Positions 29,441 to 38,807 of a stretch of DNA of 64,000 nucleotides are shown piece by piece. A program made the position numbers and the translations under genes. This DNA is from Candidatus Poribacteria bacterium. Lineage in GTDB: Bacteria > Poribacteria > WGA-4E > JAJDTR01. The stretch is taken from assembly GCA_965220415.1 (NCBI GenBank), contig OZ244829.1:2799483-2863482 (forward strand), written 5' to 3'. Numbering within the stretch: the stretch's first letter is position 1; every line of letters starts with the position of its first letter. The notes beneath the pieces are model-generated. The model saw only the letters and a list, made by a program, of their open reading frames with translations, was not told the DNA's origin and searched no databases.

Positions 29441-30310
29441 CTACCACGGCATGGTGCGCTTGGTGTATTCCCTGCCAATTTTGGCGGATTCTTCGCCTCC
29501 CGCTCCAATCATGACCCCCTCGTCAATCATCTCGGTGATGTCGTCCGGAGCCATCCGGTTCAAAAAGGCGATATTTACCGCGTCGCATGCCGCCTTGACC
29601 CGCGCTCGGGCGTTCGCCATAGGTTCGGGGTACGGCGCGTCGTGCGGCGGCGGCGATCCGAACGACATCCCCATGTCGGACGGTCCCCATTCCGCGTATG
29701 CGATGCCGGGCACGCTGGTGCTGGCTTCAACGTTGGAAAGCGCCCGCCGATTCTCGATCTTCAACCCCAACATTAACTCGCCCTTGGGATTCAACGGCCA
29801 CGGGTCCGCCAGTTGGAGGTACTCTTGCACCGATACCCCCCAGACATCCGCCGCTCTGCCCTGTCCACCCGAACCGCGGCGCCCGACATCCAGCCCCTCG
29901 CCGACGCCAATCGTCTGGAACGGGTAACGCGCCGATTCTACCAGCGCCTTCGCGGCGCCCGGAGTTTCCGCATGACAGAGCAGGATGCCGTGAACACCCG
30001 TCGCCAACACCTGCTTAATCATCCACGCATTGGCGCGTACCACATCCTCGTTCGTGCCGTCGGTCGGCAGCGTTACAATCACCGTCGGCGTCCGGTGTCC
30101 GCTCCGCGTCGGACCGCCCGCGGCGAGACCGCGCATGAACTCCTGGAGCGCGGGTACGTCATACACGCCGTGTTCCATTTCATACATGATATAGTCCGCC
30201 CATGTCCCGACGGCTTCGATGCCTCCCTCATAACTGCACTCCTTGGGGGACGTGTAGTAGAGCGGTTGTCCTTGTTCAAGCAACTCGATTGCACGATTGA
30301 TTCTTGCCAT
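29441..30310 (-). CDS. HpcH/HpaI-family aldolase (2-keto-3-deoxy acid aldolase / citrate-lyase-beta-like)
   Basis: Motifs LMLGLKIE and GIAYAEWGPSDMGMSFG fit the family pattern. Confidence 0.6.
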   Translation of the reverse strand: MARINRAIELLEQGQPLYYTSPKECSYEGGIEAVGTWADYIMYEMEHGVYDVPALQEFMRGLAAGGPTRSGHRTPTVIVTLPTDGTNEDVVRANAWMIKQVLATGVHGILLCHAETPGAAKALVESARYPFQTIGVGEGLDVGRRGSGGQGRAADVWGVSVQEYLQLADPWPLNPKGELMLGLKIENRRALSNVEASTSVPGIAYAEWGPSDMGMSFGSPPPHDAPYPEPMANARARVKAACDAVNIAFLNRMAPDDITEMIDEGVMIGAGGEESAKIGREYTKRTMPW

Positions 30311-30420
30311 ATTTCGCCTCGTAAATTGTAGTTAGTGTAAATGAGTCAAAGGCTCAGATAGGGATTAACAAATCATTCGACCAAATGTCGTTATAAATTA
30401 GATGATGCCTGTGAGTAATC

Positions 30421-30466
30421 GTAGGGATCAAGCGAGAGATTAGCGAGTGCGATAGAGATCCCCCCT
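30421..30466. repeat. REP family-2 element (reverse orientation)
   Basis: Sequence gtagggatcaagcgagagattagcgagtgcgatagagatccccc. Confidence 0.65.
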
Positions 30467-30671
30467 CGCCCAATGGGTTTCCCAATCCATTGGTACGTTT
30501 CCCGGAGCACGTACACACCAAACATAAGTGTCAACAGAACCTAGTGATTGTGTCAATATCTTTCTTGTCAAGTTGGTTGAATGAGGTTACAATTTCATCT
30601 GCCGACGTGGAACGAAACACAAGATTGATCCATAGAACTATTTTTGCCTTACCATACGGAGGATGGTTATA

Positions 30672-30902
30672 ATGGAACTACAGATAGCGGCTACACTAGG
30701 AGTGGGAATTCTAACAACGGCGCTAGGTATTTTCATGAAACTGGGGTTTAACGGCATCCAGAAGCAATTTGATGGCATTCAGAAACAATTTGACGCGATC
30801 AATACTCGGCTCACCGACATCCACAACGATTTGAACAACATCAAAACGGATGTGCGTGCCACCAATCAAAACCTGATTGACCATCTGGCACAACATGACT
30901 AA
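30672..30902 (+). CDS. Small membrane-anchored coiled-coil protein
   Basis: RBS ggagg about 10 nt upstream of ATG 30672. One TM helix, then repeated GIQKQFD heptad-like region. Sits in a local AT-rich island. Confidence 0.35.
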   Translation: MELQIAATLGVGILTTALGIFMKLGFNGIQKQFDGIQKQFDAINTRLTDIHNDLNNIKTDVRATNQNLIDHLAQHD

Positions 30903-30922
30903 GAGCCTGCATAATCGTAACC

Positions 30923-32287
30923 TCATTTCGCGGCTGATGTGATTCTATAGATTTTCGCATCCCGCAGGAAGAAACGAATCCTCACCTGTTGCCCCGCGAG
31001 TTCGCCCCCGTTCTTCCCGTCCCAAACCAGTGGCAATTCTCTCCCGTCACAATCCTCGAAAAGACACTTCGTCCGTTCATAACCCGCAATTACTTCCCCA
31101 TCCCCATCGCGCAACTCCGCCATGATGTACGCCTGTCCATTCGGTCGCTCCACTTCGCGGTACATCGCGTAAGCGTTGAGAAACAATCCCTCCGCCGGCA
31201 TCGAAAAGGTCGGCGTCGAGAATTCACCGTTCGCGCGGCAAGTCGCATAGAAGATCCGATCCGAAGGAAGACCGGCGATTCTGCCGTCCGGATGGTAGAA
31301 CCGGAGTACCCCGTCGCGAACCAGCGGCCCCTGAAGCGCCATCCAGAACTGAGAGGTGTACGCGTTCGTGTCCCGAAAACTGCGCTTCCAGTTTAGACCG
31401 TCCCGGCTAATCGCCCATTCCGCCATATAAGACGGCCCGTGTTTCGTGGTGGCGCGCCGCGAGTTGGCTTCCGCCGGGGGCGGCATGTAATCCGAAATTA
31501 GCATGGCGTAACGCCCCAGATGGGGAAAAACCACAACTCGATAAAACTCCAAATCTGCAGGATCGGCTGAATCCGGCAGCCACAGCTTTTCACTCCCGAG
31601 AAACGTTGGAGAAAAGGATTCCCAACTGACGCCATCCGCCGACCGCCGGAAGGACAGCACGCGGCGCAAGGCGCCGATATTGTCGGGGTAACGCTTTGGA
31701 TAAGGCTGCGTCACTGTCTGGTAATTGAGAAACTGACCAAAGGGCGGATACCACGTGACACACATGGCGTCGTGTCCGGCATACGCCTCCTTTGTCAACA
31801 GCGTAAAGTTTTCTCCGTCATCGCTCCGGAAAACATACAGGCGGCCGGCAGCCCACGAAAAGAGAAATATCGCTCCGTTGTCCGGACGGCGGACGATATT
31901 CGCGAAACCCTGCCAAGCCGTTCCGCCGTAAGAATACACGACGTGCTCATCGAAGAACGTCACTCCGTCTTCCGTCGCGCACCGGACCACCTCAAGCACC
32001 CGGTCGTCCGTTTCCGCCCAATTTTGAACGCGCCACCCATAGATAAAACTGCCGCCCTCGGCTCTTGGGACTTGGCAGCCGTACTGCATGTGAGGATAAC
32101 CGGACGCGGCTCCAAGATTCCGCAGGGGCTCGGCGCGGAACTCAATCCTGCCGAACGGGTCGGCAATGTCTTCCGGCTCCCAGAAGAGAAGGGGAAATTC
32201 AAGTTTGGACATGTCGTCTTGGTTTTGGATTTCGGGTAGGTTACATGCCATGGTCGTCATCAGCACTGCCGCAATAAAAGGTCTCAT
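30923..32287 (-). CDS. Hypothetical secreted protein (possible beta-propeller/hydrolase fold)
   Basis: Signal peptide MRPFIAAVLMTTMA. 454-aa ORF. The antisense ORFs are shorter. Confidence 0.55.
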   Translation of the reverse strand: MRPFIAAVLMTTMACNLPEIQNQDDMSKLEFPLLFWEPEDIADPFGRIEFRAEPLRNLGAASGYPHMQYGCQVPRAEGGSFIYGWRVQNWAETDDRVLEVVRCATEDGVTFFDEHVVYSYGGTAWQGFANIVRRPDNGAIFLFSWAAGRLYVFRSDDGENFTLLTKEAYAGHDAMCVTWYPPFGQFLNYQTVTQPYPKRYPDNIGALRRVLSFRRSADGVSWESFSPTFLGSEKLWLPDSADPADLEFYRVVVFPHLGRYAMLISDYMPPPAEANSRRATTKHGPSYMAEWAISRDGLNWKRSFRDTNAYTSQFWMALQGPLVRDGVLRFYHPDGRIAGLPSDRIFYATCRANGEFSTPTFSMPAEGLFLNAYAMYREVERPNGQAYIMAELRDGDGEVIAGYERTKCLFEDCDGRELPLVWDGKNGGELAGQQVRIRFFLRDAKIYRITSAAK

Positions 32288-32366
32288 GAACCGCCTCCGG
32301 TTCGTTACACATCTTTGCCATTGTCAACTCAAGCCGGACAATTTGCTACTATGTTCCAACCGCACC

Positions 32367-33164
32367 TCAATCCGTTTTGGAGGCCGCGACCGTTAGCCAA
32401 GCAGGCAATCCGGCACGGGGATTTACCCTCCAATCAAGCAACGATTCATCAACACGTGACTCATCACCGGTTACCTTCCAAAATCCGGGCTCATCCGCCG
32501 CACTTTCGAGGACCTTGTTCAATGTCAACCCCGCCTGTGCCAGAGGATTCAGCAAATCTGCCAAGGTCCAGTTGAACTCATACGATTCATCACTCGACAA
32601 TCGAAACGGTCCGGTGTCCCAATAAGGCTTCGCCATTTCAATAGGCATCACCTGTTCCTTCCACGGACGCATGAACGGATGAATGTCGTAGAAAACGTAT
32701 GCGCCTCCCGGTTTCAGAATTCTAGAAACCTCGCGAAATACCCCACCGAGATCGGCAATCCACACGAAAAAGCCCTCTGTGGAACACACCAGATCGAAAG
32801 TCGAGTCGGCCGCAAATCCGAGATCGGCGGCATCGGAGCGCACAAAATCAATTGAAACGCCGAGTGCTTCTGCGCGGCGTGCTGCCAGGTCCAATCGTTC
32901 CTCCGAAATATCCGTGGAAGTCACGACTGCCCCTAATCCCGAAAGAGCATAAGCCGCCAAATTATCTCCGCTGCCAATGATACACACGCGCTTGTCCCGA
33001 AGATTGCCGACCATCTCTCGAATGATGGCAAGTACGTCGACCTTAAATGCCAATTCGGGCTCTTTATGGCACCGGTGCCAACGGTCGGCACGATTCAAGC
33101 GGTCTTCCCACCATGTTGCCTGATTATTCCAGCGCCGGCGATTGGCTTCATGAATTTTATTCAT
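32367..33164 (-). CDS. Class I SAM-dependent methyltransferase
   Basis: RBS gaggtgg upstream of ATG 33164. Motif I VCIIGSGDNLAAYALSGLG. Acidic loop TSTDISEE. Confidence 0.75.
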   Translation of the reverse strand: MNKIHEANRRRWNNQATWWEDRLNRADRWHRCHKEPELAFKVDVLAIIREMVGNLRDKRVCIIGSGDNLAAYALSGLGAVVTSTDISEERLDLAARRAEALGVSIDFVRSDAADLGFAADSTFDLVCSTEGFFVWIADLGGVFREVSRILKPGGAYVFYDIHPFMRPWKEQVMPIEMAKPYWDTGPFRLSSDESYEFNWTLADLLNPLAQAGLTLNKVLESAADEPGFWKVTGDESRVDESLLDWRVNPRAGLPAWLTVAASKTD

Positions 33165-33254
33165 AGACGATTCCACCTCGCCATCTCCGTCATTCACATT
33201 GGCGCTAAGAACCTGCTTGAAAAAGTGGTGACAAAGCGATTCTTGTGTGTTCAA

Positions 33255-33350
33255 GTTACTGACACCTGTCGCCCCTCTGGGGCTCTTAATATGTAGTGGA
33301 TTGCTATTTCTACACACCTTCCGCCCCTCCGGGGCTTACAAACGCCGATG
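33255..33350. repeat. Two tandem GC hairpins (GCCCCTCtGGGGC / GCCCCTCcGGGGC), each followed by ATGTAGTG
   Basis: Seen directly in the spacer between the GH172 gene end and the methyltransferase start. Confidence 0.4.
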
Positions 33351-33474
33351 TAGTGTTTTCATCTTAATTTTGGGAACAAGATTGGTCTCAGGAATACGGC
33401 TCTATCCAAAATGGCTTATCAAACAAGCTCTAAAACGTGCAACCTCCGTCAACATTCCCTCCGATACCGCCAAC

Positions 33475-34512
33475 TCAACTCGGGTATTCATGCTGCCTCG
33501 GCAAGCGCTGCTCCATCTCCGGTAACGGCAACGCCTCGACAATCGGATGCTGATACCAATACGCCACGGATGAATAATCGTCGCTTCGATGATTGTTGTG
33601 ACCGTTCTCTATCGTCGCTCGCAACGATTTTGTAAACGGAATCGGATCCTGAATATGATATCGGTACATCGACCATTGCCCCTCCCAGTTCGCATGACCG
33701 GTGTTGAACAACGGCGTGCCCGCATACGGATAGCAGCAGTTCTGCATACCCCACGCTTGATTGAAATAATCCTCGCTGCCGGTGCCGTGGAACGACGGTG
33801 GAAACGGTTCATCGTCGATGAAGATCATGTCGTCTCCCTCGCCCCACCAGCCGCCGCTGAAGTTGTCCACGCTCAGGCTGCACCCCAAGAAATTCCCCTC
33901 GCCCCTCGTGTCCAAGATACAGTAATTGTCGTCACCGGTGAGGTTGGGACCCTCCTTCCCGTCGATTAGCGGCGTCGCACGGCGCGGCATCTCCGCCCGC
34001 CAATTCGAATGAAAGTAGTATAACCGTTCGGGAAGGCTCTCCAGTTCCCGATAATCAAAGTAGTGAAAGAGTCGAATCTCCGCCTCGGATTCGTTATTGA
34101 CGACCACTTTGGCGCGTTCTCGAAACGGCATCTTCACCCAGCAGTTAAACGCGGCTGTCGCCGAGCCGGGATTCAGCGACATCTCGAACAACGCCGAAGT
34201 ATAATCCCGAATCTTCCCGTGTCCGACCCCGAAGAAGTCGCCGAACGGCACCCGCACGCTCGGAAATTCGTTGTCATCCCAATAAAACTCCAAGCTGTTC
34301 TTCCTCAGAAAAAGCGGCTCCTCGGCATTGTAATTGCTGAGCGCGAACCAAATGTGCACAATCATCCCCGGTCCCGGAATCTCCGCGAGAACACTTGCCT
34401 GAGAGGCGGGATACACCTTCCCGTCCCGGTTATATCCTTCGCGGTCCCAACTTGACTCACGCTTCGCCTTAAACGGCAGCGACGCGTACAATACATCGCT
34501 ATTCATGCTCAT
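33475..34512 (-). CDS. DUF2961 / GH172-family protein (difructose-dianhydride-hydrolase-like glycosidase)
   Basis: GEGDDMIFIDDEP...PSFHGTGSEDYF matches the DUF2961 signature. Confidence 0.7.
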   Translation of the reverse strand: MSMNSDVLYASLPFKAKRESSWDREGYNRDGKVYPASQASVLAEIPGPGMIVHIWFALSNYNAEEPLFLRKNSLEFYWDDNEFPSVRVPFGDFFGVGHGKIRDYTSALFEMSLNPGSATAAFNCWVKMPFRERAKVVVNNESEAEIRLFHYFDYRELESLPERLYYFHSNWRAEMPRRATPLIDGKEGPNLTGDDNYCILDTRGEGNFLGCSLSVDNFSGGWWGEGDDMIFIDDEPFPPSFHGTGSEDYFNQAWGMQNCCYPYAGTPLFNTGHANWEGQWSMYRYHIQDPIPFTKSLRATIENGHNNHRSDDYSSVAYWYQHPIVEALPLPEMEQRLPRQHEYPS

Positions 34513-34540
34513 ATCAACTCCTATGTCATCTGTTCCAACC

Positions 34541-34700
34541 CCGTAGGGGCGCGGTTACCGCGCCCTTTCCCTCACGATCACACACATAACTCGGGATTTG
34601 CTGTAGGGGCGAGGTTTCCTCGCCCTCTCCTTCATCATCGCACACATAACTCGGGAGTGCCCGTGTGGGCGTGGTTAACGCGCCCTCTCATTCGCGAAAG
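34541..34700. repeat. Three tandem ~60-bp units of REP family-3 (GTAGGGGCGnGGTTnCCnCGCCC + cacacataactcggga)
   Basis: Unit starts near 34543, 34603 and 34664. Confidence 0.75.
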
Positions 34701-34873
34701 CCCTGGGCAATCCAAGAAATCACCCAGAACACTCCGTGCCCGATAGCCATGACGATGATGAAAGTCAGAACTGCTGACTTGGCACCATTGAGAAACCAAG
34801 CAAAGGCCCCCAGCAAGAATGACAGCACCAGCCAAAAGCGGCTGAATCCCCTGTACATTGTCTTCAATTTCAT
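34688..34873 (-). CDS. Possible small 2-TM membrane protein
   Basis: 61-64 aa hydrophobic ORF with a weak RBS. Its 3' end overlaps a REP unit. Confidence 0.2.
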   Translation of the reverse strand: MKLKTMYRGFSRFWLVLSFLLGAFAWFLNGAKSAVLTFIIVMAIGHGVFWVISWIAQGFRE

Positions 34874-34919
34874 GTACGCCAACCGTCTTTCAAGTTCGTA
34901 GTTCGTAGGTTGGGTTGAG

Positions 34920-35040
34920 CACAGCGAAACCCAACGACGTAAATCCTTTCATTCCCGCCTTCCATCCTGCCCCCTTCCACTCTTCCCATCTTCCATCCAT
35001 CCTCTCTTCCGCCCTTCCAATCCTACCCTACTCTGTTCGC
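34920..35040 (-). other. GGA-rich polypurine tract (minus-strand sense), about 12 GGA motifs in ~100 nt
   Basis: Plus strand reads ccttccatcctgcccccttccactcttcccatcttccatccatcc... Similar tracts at 38690-38760 and 52700-52830, each next to a REP. Confidence 0.3.
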
Positions 35041-35046
35041 TTGAAA

Positions 35047-35150
35047 GAATCTCTATCGCTTTGGGATTTCTATCGCACGTGCTATTCGCGTGCTTGATCT
35101 GTTCGTTCGTTTGATTGTTTGTTATTCACTCACTCGATCTCATTTGATTC
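35047..35150. repeat. REP family-2 cluster
   Basis: Contains gaatctctatcgctttgggatttctatcgcacgtgctattcgcgtgcttgatc. Confidence 0.65.
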
Positions 35151-35899
35151 AACAAATACTCCCCGCCGCGACCCCGCCAAACGTCCGAAAGCTGATGATT
35201 CCTCTCCGGCACGACATGCAACACGAACCGTGACGACGAACACCCCTCCTCCGCTTCTGCTCGTACCACCGCTTCCGCAAAGCGCAGGCACGCATCCGTT
35301 CCAACCCGCGCGTCGCAATTCCCGATTGCCATCCAGACAGGGCGCCCCGCGAACGACCCGGCGAACTGGGTCAACGCCAGATCTGCGATTTCGGGCGCAT
35401 CCTTGACTTCCGCGAACTCGTTCAGAATCCGCCAGTCGGTCACCGGAGCAAACGCCGCCACGGCCCCGATGCGCTCGTCCGCCGCCATCAAACGCAACGC
35501 GCAATAACCGCCCCGCGAGGTGCCGGAAACAAAGATGCGGCCCGGCTCGGCAAGCTGGCGCTCAATCAGTGCATCAATAACGGCGCGCCCCTCGTCGACG
35601 AATCCCGCGAACACATCGACCCCTCTCTGCCACTCCGCACAGAATCCCGCAATCCCTCGGGGTTCCCCCGGAACCTCCCGGCCGCCGTGACACGGCAGAT
35701 CAAAACTCGCGGCGCGGTGCCCGGCGTCGAGGAACATCCGCGGCGTGATGTTGTAAGGCTCCGTATTTAGCGTAGCGGATTTGTCCGCCGCAAAATTCAG
35801 CAGCAGCGCCGGACGGTCTGACAATTCGTTCGGTTCCGCCAGCAAGCAAGTCAGCGGTTGTCCATTTACCTCAACGGAGAACTCTCTGATATTGAGCAT
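35126..35899 (-). CDS. Alpha/beta-hydrolase (dienelactone-hydrolase/esterase-like)
   Basis: Nucleophile elbow GTSRGG. Fold-typical length of 257 aa. Confidence 0.7.
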   Translation of the reverse strand: MLNIREFSVEVNGQPLTCLLAEPNELSDRPALLLNFAADKSATLNTEPYNITPRMFLDAGHRAASFDLPCHGGREVPGEPRGIAGFCAEWQRGVDVFAGFVDEGRAVIDALIERQLAEPGRIFVSGTSRGGYCALRLMAADERIGAVAAFAPVTDWRILNEFAEVKDAPEIADLALTQFAGSFAGRPVWMAIGNCDARVGTDACLRFAEAVVRAEAEEGCSSSRFVLHVVPERNHQLSDVWRGRGGEYLLNQMRSSE

Positions 35900-35957
35900 C
35901 GCGTTGTTTTACGATTTTTCTATCGAAATGTTACAGCCACTCCAGGACGCGCAATGA

Positions 35958-36000
35958 AGGGATTTCTATCGCGCTCGCTATTCACTCGCTTGGTTGCTAC
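35958..36000. repeat. REP family-2 element
   Basis: Sequence gggatttctatcgcgctcgctattcactcgcttggttgctac. Confidence 0.65.
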
Positions 36001-36119
36001 TACGAACCCTCGGTTCTTGTTATTTACGGATTACGAATTTGTATTAAAATTCTCACTTCCAGATTGGGTTGAGCGAAGTGAAACGCAGCGATAGGGCCGT
36101 CGCGAATCGGGCATTGCGC

Positions 36120-36944
36120 TTACGGCATGAATAGACCGCCGCTCACGTGCAACGTCTGACCGGTGACAAACTCAGCGGCGTCCGACGCGAAAAAACTTAC
36201 CGCGTGCGCAATATCCTCCGCCGTTCCTCTCCGGTTGACCAAAAACGGTATCCCGAGCCAACTCTGGGGTTCATCCTCCTGAATCGCTATCGGCTTCGTT
36301 CTGTCTTCCACCAAATCCTTGTTCGTCGGACCCGGGCAGATCGCGTTCGCCGTGACAAAAGGTCCACCCTCATGGGCAATCCCTTTGGTCAGCGCAATCA
36401 TCGCCGCCTTCGACGCGCCGTAGGTCGCGAACGAACCGCCGCCGCGCCCGTACACCGCGATGTTTGACGAAATCGAAACCACACGTCCGAACTTCCGCTC
36501 CATCATACCCGGCAGCAACTCGCGGGCAAGCGAAAACATGGCGCGAGCATTGACGTTCATCACGCGGTCCCATTCCTCGTCGGACGTATCAACTATTTTG
36601 TTCGGCTGACCCATCCCGGCGTTGTTCACCAAGATATCCACCCTCCCGAACGCCTCGGTTGCGCCCTGAGCCAATGCCTTGCACTGTGCGCTATACCCGA
36701 CATCCGCGCCAATGACAACGGCACGTCTGCCCATCGCCTCGACCTTGCCCCGAATCCGTTCCGATTCTTCCGGGCTTTTGCTATGGTTGATGACGATGTC
36801 CGCGCCCGCCTGCGCCAGCACCAGCGAGATTGTGGCGCCGATGCCGCGTCCTCCGCCCGTGACCAGCGCCACCTTTCCGGAGAGGTCGATCTTCCCTGCC
36901 TGCGTATATCCCGGCTGTGAACCAGAGTTATCTCTATTTTCCAT
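36120..36944 (-). CDS. Short-chain dehydrogenase/reductase (SDR, 3-oxoacyl-ACP-reductase-like)
   Basis: Cofactor motif TGGGRGIG. Catalytic YGASK motif. NNAG present. Confidence 0.85.
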   Translation of the reverse strand: MENRDNSGSQPGYTQAGKIDLSGKVALVTGGGRGIGATISLVLAQAGADIVINHSKSPEESERIRGKVEAMGRRAVVIGADVGYSAQCKALAQGATEAFGRVDILVNNAGMGQPNKIVDTSDEEWDRVMNVNARAMFSLARELLPGMMERKFGRVVSISSNIAVYGRGGGSFATYGASKAAMIALTKGIAHEGGPFVTANAICPGPTNKDLVEDRTKPIAIQEDEPQSWLGIPFLVNRRGTAEDIAHAVSFFASDAAEFVTGQTLHVSGGLFMP

Positions 36945-36959
36945 CTTCGTGCCCCCTGT

Positions 36960-38501
36960 TTACCGTTTACGGAATGTGAAACTGTACAACTTGCTCCGAT
37001 TCAGAACGAACCGGAGTTTCACATCCCCGTTGATTGTTGAAATATCGGCGGCTTTCCATCTGACCCGCCACCGCAAGTCATCGCCGCTCAACGGGTGACA
37101 CTCCTCCCGCGAGAAACCGTCCAATACCCGTCCGTCCGCCCCGCAAAGTTCAACCCGCACCTGCCCGCCTTCCGCATCCGCGTTCACCTCCAAATCACCC
37201 GCATCGTCCGGCAGAGGCACTGCTTTCGTAGTGACCACACCGTCGTCCTGTGCGCTAAGCGCGACGAACCGCTGCCGTTTCCACGTGGCGCGACCCACGC
37301 GGGTCATCTTCCTGTCCAGATCAACTTCGCCGTGCGTGTAGTCGCAGCCGGTGTAGTACCAGTGAACGTCGTCTCCATCGATTATCGGTTGCGTGGCGGT
37401 TCCAGCGATCATGCCGCTGTCGAATGCGTCCCTGTCGCCGCGGGGAATTGCGGGCGTCCGATCCCGGTCGGCGTGCGCCCAATTTATCCCGTCCCGGCTG
37501 TACACAATCTGCGAATCAATCGGTCCGTTGCACGGCATCTGGTTCTTCTCTCCGGGAATCTGCTCCGCCGTCACGTACAAAGCGCCCACCAAACCGAGAT
37601 ACAGATTATGGTACCGAAACGCGGACATGTTGTGAAATTCCGCACGCAGAGCGCCGTATTTGCAGCGCCCGACCTCATCGTCCCAGTGCGTCGGTTCCAG
37701 CATGGGGTGGGAGTCCTTCCAAGGCCCCTCAAGAGAAGGGCTTTCAGTATAACAGATTACGCGGCGCTTGTCTCTGTCATCGAACCGGACAATCGAATAC
37801 GCGCGGAATATCCGGCTATGAGCATCCCAAATCACATTGAACGTGCCCTCGTTCTGACGAATCGCGGCAGGTTCGAGGTAGTCCTTGTCGTCCCAATGGA
37901 TCCCATCCGGCGACGTAATCACGAAAATGTTCCGGTAGCGGCGGCAAAACCCGATAGCCTTGTATCTCTTGTTAGCATCTATCTCCTCCCGGTCAATAAA
38001 CACAGAGGCGCCGTGAAGATCCCAGACGATGTTGTTATCGGGACTCCCGTCGAAGGTAAAAACGCCGAGATTCGGTTTGACCCAGTTGATTCCGTCGTCG
38101 CTCTCCGCATAGCACGTCAGATCGCCCCGGTCGTTGTCCACAAAGGCTCGCCCGTACTTGTCGTGAGTCACGCCGTTGCAGTTGTACGGTTTCTCGTCGG
38201 TGCGCGGCACGTTCAAGCCCGGAATCTGATAGTTTCCGCTCTCAAAGCGCCAGTGCGGTCCCATCCGACCGGCATACCACATCCGGTACTTCCCCGTCAG
38301 ATCATCGTAAAGCGTGGTTCCGTAAATACAAACGCATTTGCTCATCCCCGCCCCGCAATACTCCCACGGTTTGTCCCTGTCGGGCTGCATGAGGCAGTCG
38401 CTTTTCTTCCCGGGCTGTACCTCTCGTTGGATACCGCTCTCTGCGTCAATCAGAGCCTCGTCGAGCAGCAGCATACTCTCGCTATAGTCATTTACAGTCA
38501 T
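36960..38501 (-). CDS. Beta-propeller glycoside-hydrolase-like protein with a C-terminal beta-sandwich (paralog A)
   Basis: 513 aa. Motifs WYAGR, SDDGINW and TSPDGIHW resemble furanosidase-superfamily propellers. Tandem paralog at 38808-40343, distant paralog at 42562-43986. Confidence 0.55.
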   Translation of the reverse strand: MTVNDYSESMLLLDEALIDAESGIQREVQPGKKSDCLMQPDRDKPWEYCGAGMSKCVCIYGTTLYDDLTGKYRMWYAGRMGPHWRFESGNYQIPGLNVPRTDEKPYNCNGVTHDKYGRAFVDNDRGDLTCYAESDDGINWVKPNLGVFTFDGSPDNNIVWDLHGASVFIDREEIDANKRYKAIGFCRRYRNIFVITSPDGIHWDDKDYLEPAAIRQNEGTFNVIWDAHSRIFRAYSIVRFDDRDKRRVICYTESPSLEGPWKDSHPMLEPTHWDDEVGRCKYGALRAEFHNMSAFRYHNLYLGLVGALYVTAEQIPGEKNQMPCNGPIDSQIVYSRDGINWAHADRDRTPAIPRGDRDAFDSGMIAGTATQPIIDGDDVHWYYTGCDYTHGEVDLDRKMTRVGRATWKRQRFVALSAQDDGVVTTKAVPLPDDAGDLEVNADAEGGQVRVELCGADGRVLDGFSREECHPLSGDDLRWRVRWKAADISTINGDVKLRFVLNRSKLYSFTFRKR

Positions 38502-38596
38502 AGATAGATTGGTTATATTGTGGTACGAAGGAATCTAATCTCCTACAAAATCGGACACGCCCCTGTAGCGCAAACTGTTAGTTTGCGCATGCCACG

Positions 38597-38630
38597 ATCT
38601 AACAAATCAAGCGAGCGAATAGAAATCCTT
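38597..38630. repeat. REP family-2 element (reverse orientation)
   Basis: Sequence gatctaacaaatcaagcgagcgaatagaaatcc. Confidence 0.55.
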
Positions 38631-38807
38631 CAGCATGTTCTTAGAATCACATCAGCACCATCATCTGCTCCGTAGGTACGACCCATTTCGCGCCGCGCGG
38701 CAGGAAATCTTCCGCCCTTCCACTCTTCCATCCTTCCAATCCTAGTTTTCCTAGTCGATGCTAAAGCATAACGTTTAATTCCAAACTCGCTAAATGAAAC
38801 CCCTCGT

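Noticed and set aside
29451-29927. 158-aa plus-strand ORF
   Set aside because: It is antisense to the HpcH-family aldolase gene.
37095-38507. 470-aa plus-strand ORF
   Set aside because: It is fully antisense to 36960-38501. That gene has a paralog (38808-40343) conserved at protein level only in the minus-strand frame.
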